From Chitinophagales bacterium (lineage in GTDB: Bacteria; Bacteroidota; Bacteroidia; Chitinophagales; CAJXBJ01): DNA of 30,205 bases. The notes under the pieces were generated by a model. The model ran no database searches and was not told the DNA's origin. It worked only from the letters and a program-made list of their open reading frames with translations. The number at the start of each line of letters is the position of its first letter. Position 1 is the stretch's first letter. Positions 27,649 to 30,205 of the stretch are shown here, one piece after another. A program made the position numbers and the translations under genes. The DNA is taken from contig JBELBA010000002.1 in NCBI GenBank assembly GCA_042095635.1, forward strand, positions 1-30,205, read 5' to 3'.

Positions 27649-28995
27649 TTATAAGTTGCTATATGCTTTGTCTAAAGCAATTTTCTTGTTTAATACATTA
27701 ATGATGCTTTGAATCCTTTGACCCTCTGCTTGTAATTGTTGTTGTTTAGATTGGTTCAATTCGAAACTTGATACCATACCTTCTTTGTATTTAATTAATG
27801 TTCTGTCATAAATGCCTTTTGTCAAGTCTACATTCCCTTTAGAGTTATTATAACTTGAAATAGCATTGATATAATCGGACTTAGCTATATCTGCTTGCAT
27901 TTTTAATGACTTCTCTGTCATCACAACTGCATTTTTAGTTTTAGCTAATTCCATCTTAGCTTGCGACATTCTAGCACTACCTTGTAAACTAGTGAATATT
28001 GGCATTGATACTTTCACCCCTACTAACTGCTGAGGGATCCAGTTTTTATCAAACTGTTGATTATATAAATCCATCTCTGGAAAATCTAAGTCTGAACCAT
28101 ATCTAGTTTGCTTATTGTTATAAAAAGCAGAAATAGTTGGCAACGCTTTAGCCTGCTCATTTCTCCAATTTAATAAGTCTAACTTCTCTTTTGTTGTTAA
28201 GATCTGATAATCAATATGTGAAGTAGCACTGAATGCCTTCTCTGCCACATTAGGATCGATATTAGTCATGACAGCTTCTAAATCATCTTTCAATTCTAAT
28301 AGTGTTTTTGGATCTAAACCTAAATGGAAATTTAAAAGCATCGTTGCATTATTTAATGCTTGCACAGCCATATCCTTACTAGCAGTTAAATTAGAAACAT
28401 TCAAATCCATTTGATCAACTTCTAACTTCTCTGTCATCCCTTCTTCATTCAAAGCTTTTGTTTCAGTTTGCAATTTTTTCATTGCTACTAAATTCTCTTG
28501 AACGATACTTAGGTTTAATTGAGCTGCCAATACCATATAATAAGCAGTAGAGACATTCTCCTTGATATCAGCTGCTTTCAGTTCTTGTTGCTTCTCTGTC
28601 ATTTTCACATACTCAGTAGCTGCTTTTAAACCAATAAAATAAGAACCATTGAATACTAATTGACTGGCAGTTAAACCGAAGTCAACAGAATTCTCTAATC
28701 CCATTTGTACAAATCCCATTTCTCCTGTCAAGGGATTTGGAAAAGGCATCCCAGCGATATCCATGAAATGGTTAAAATTAAATTCCCCATTCAACTGAGG
28801 TAATCCAGTGGCTGTGGTTTCCCATACTTTCTTCTTAGCTATCTTAATATCCAATGAGGAATTTTGATAGTCGAGATTATTCTCCAAGGCATAAATTTGA
28901 GCTTCCGCTACTGTGAAAGCTTTTTGAGCTATCAATGGTAAACTCAGCATACCTGCTATTAGGATCATTAATCTCATCTTTATTAATCTCATCAT
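27649..28995 (-). CDS. TolC-family outer-membrane efflux protein
   Basis: Signal peptide, ALENN, GLPQL, helical repeats, the beta-strand motif VKVSMPIF and KYKEGMVSSFEL. The exact start among several Met codons is uncertain. Confidence 0.93.
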   Translation of the reverse strand: MMRLIKMRLMILIAGMLSLPLIAQKAFTVAEAQIYALENNLDYQNSSLDIKIAKKKVWETTATGLPQLNGEFNFNHFMDIAGMPFPNPLTGEMGFVQMGLENSVDFGLTASQLVFNGSYFIGLKAATEYVKMTEKQQELKAADIKENVSTAYYMVLAAQLNLSIVQENLVAMKKLQTETKALNEEGMTEKLEVDQMDLNVSNLTASKDMAVQALNNATMLLNFHLGLDPKTLLELKDDLEAVMTNIDPNVAEKAFSATSHIDYQILTTKEKLDLLNWRNEQAKALPTISAFYNNKQTRYGSDLDFPEMDLYNQQFDKNWIPQQLVGVKVSMPIFTSLQGSARMSQAKMELAKTKNAVVMTEKSLKMQADIAKSDYINAISSYNNSKGNVDLTKGIYDRTLIKYKEGMVSSFELNQSKQQQLQAEGQRIQSIINVLNKKIALDKAYSNL

Positions 28996-29008
28996 CCGTC
29001 GTTTGTAA

Positions 29009-29617
29009 TTATTTTCTGTTTAATCTTTTGTTTAAATAATCTCTTCCCTTTTGATTTGACACTCCATAAATATGATAGATCATCATTTCACCTACCACAT
29101 CAATAAAACTAGTTTTAGAGTGATCAAACACTTTTGGATCCCAAATCACATCCATTTTAGAAATATGTAATTTGGCTATAATCTCTTCATTGAAAGCTGA
29201 TCTGAATAAACCTTGATCTTTCCCTTTTTTTAGATTAGCTATCACTGTATCCAAGACAAATGTTTCTTTGTGATCAGTAAACTTCTTGTATACTTTTGGA
29301 TAGTACTTTTGTAAATCATACATCACTGAAGGATGCATGTCTCCGATGATTTCTCCGATCTTACTACAGATATCAAAAACTTCATCAATAGCATTAGTAC
29401 TGGCATTTACCACTTCTTTTACTCTTTCAAAATCTAAGGCTAATTGATACTCCATTACTTTGGTTACCAGGTCATTCTTATCTTCAACTTTAGTATAGAT
29501 GGTTTTCTTTGAAATCCCCATTTCACGCGCGATATCGTCCATAGTAACCGACTTAATTCCATAACGGAAATAGATCTTACTTACTTCTAATAAAAATGAT
29601 TTCAATTCTTCATTCAT
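29009..29617 (-). CDS. TetR/AcrR family transcriptional regulator
   Basis: N-terminal HTH YFRYGIKSVTMDDIAREMGISKKTIY; first gene of the efflux operon. Confidence 0.95.
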   Translation of the reverse strand: MNEELKSFLLEVSKIYFRYGIKSVTMDDIAREMGISKKTIYTKVEDKNDLVTKVMEYQLALDFERVKEVVNASTNAIDEVFDICSKIGEIIGDMHPSVMYDLQKYYPKVYKKFTDHKETFVLDTVIANLKKGKDQGLFRSAFNEEIIAKLHISKMDVIWDPKVFDHSKTSFIDVVGEMMIYHIYGVSNQKGRDYLNKRLNRK

Positions 29618-29621
29618 AGCA

Positions 29622-29629
29622 CGAACTTA
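29622..29629 (-). promoter_or_regulatory. -7 element of the tetR-tolC-MFP-RND operon
   Basis: Minus strand TAAGTTCG (one mismatch to TAnnTTTG) ending 4 nt before the tetR ATG. Confidence 0.5.
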
Positions 29630-29645
29630 CAAATAAAACACTAAA

Positions 29646-29671
29646 GAAACTATTTTCATATAAAAAGTTTC
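29646..29671. promoter_or_regulatory. Candidate TetR operator
   Basis: GAAACTATTT-N6-AAAAAGTTTC, 9 of 10 arm positions symmetric, overlapping the expected -33 region of the tetR promoter. Confidence 0.5.
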
Positions 29672-29731
29672 CAAAGTGTTTTGCGTTTATCCTGCAAATT
29701 GTCATTTTATTTAATGACTAATGCTAATTAG

Positions 29732-29762
29732 TAGACGTAGGTATCCTATTGATAGACGTAGG
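29732..29762 (+). repeat. Perfect 10-bp direct repeat TAGACGTAGG with 21-bp period
   Basis: Copies at 29732-29741 and 29753-29762 with an 11-bp spacer, relatively GC-rich in an AT-rich intergenic region. Confidence 0.85.
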
Positions 29763-29833
29763 AAGTAAAATATCTTAAGGAGGAATTATGCCAATCACTT
29801 GTATGTTATTTTTACATAGCTTAAATTCATAAT

Positions 29834-30205
29834 GTGAAAACACTGCTTGCCATAATAAGTTTAAGTTTTGCTGTAGCTCTACCTTATGAGTTTATTCATT
29901 GCAAGCAGCAAATCATTAAAGAAGGCACTTTTCTACTTTGGGATAAAAAAGGCAAAGATTATCATGTTATTTGCGACCCTGAAAAACATTACAATAAGAT
30001 CTATAGACATATAGATTCTATTATGGTGATAGAAAATGATTATGACATCTTTATTCATGGTAAAGCCTATAGCCACAATAAAGTAGGATGGTTTAGGATA
30101 CAGGGGAAACCGGGTAGACCAGGACATCCAGGTACCGAAAGAAATTATTACGGCGAGTGGACAGACGGTCATTTTAAAAGAGCTATTCTTCCAAAAATCA
30201 AAAAC
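29834..30205 (+). CDS. Hypothetical, probably secreted protein; 3'-truncated by the window edge and absent from the ORF track
   Basis: The frame is open from GTG at 29834 to the end of the window: MKTLLAIISLSFAVA-LPYEFIHCKQQIIKEGTFLLWDKKGKDYHVICDPEKHYNKIY..., with a Sec-type signal peptide (AVA cleavage). Confidence 0.75.
   Translation, partial: MKTLLAIISLSFAVALPYEFIHCKQQIIKEGTFLLWDKKGKDYHVICDPEKHYNKIYRHIDSIMVIENDYDIFIHGKAYSHNKVGWFRIQGKPGRPGHPGTERNYYGEWTDGHFKRAILPKIKN

Noticed and set aside
29933-30172. 79-aa minus-strand ORF
   Set aside because: The opposite strand has a longer open frame with a clear signal peptide (29834 to the window end), which is the better gene call.
1-30205. Genomic island, prophage, CRISPR, or tRNA/rRNA genes
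   Set aside because: No integrase, transposase or phage genes, no repeat-spacer array, no cloverleaf or rRNA-like segment, and no obvious compositional break by eye.

Overview
AT-rich chromosomal window from a Bacteroidota bacterium. The assignment rests on the gldKLMN/porP/sprE genes, TAnnTTTG-type -7 promoter elements and A-rich 5' leaders that mostly lack Shine-Dalgarno (SD) sites. Left to right: 3' part of accC; a minus-strand operon (membrane-anchored M23 endopeptidase, bactofilin, a 2-TM AtpZ/AtpI-like small gene missing from the ORF track, SprT-family metalloprotease); a divergent operon (sprE/porW, PBP1A, uvrC) converging on the type IX secretion/gliding core (porP-gldK-gldL-gldM-gldN); Omp85-DUF4271-hemD; aspS; rnhB plus a polytopic GT-C-like membrane protein; a tetR-tolC-MFP-RND efflux operon; and the start of an unannotated, probably secreted protein running off the right edge. 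I see no rRNA, tRNA, CRISPR array or mobile element, and most genes are housekeeping or envelope genes. The best leads: (1) the AtpZ-like gene has no ATG upstream of its conserved start region and follows the bactofilin stop codon in frame; (2) a cell-shape module (M23-bactofilin) shares a symmetric promoter region with sprE-PBP1A; (3) SprE lacks a lipobox and has long K/R tracts; (4) an ECF-type promoter sits in tandem with a housekeeping promoter before gldK; (5) GldM and GldL carry insertions; (6) the last intergenic region has 21-bp-period direct repeats and an SD-led 14-codon uORF. All family calls come from motif recognition; no database searches were run.
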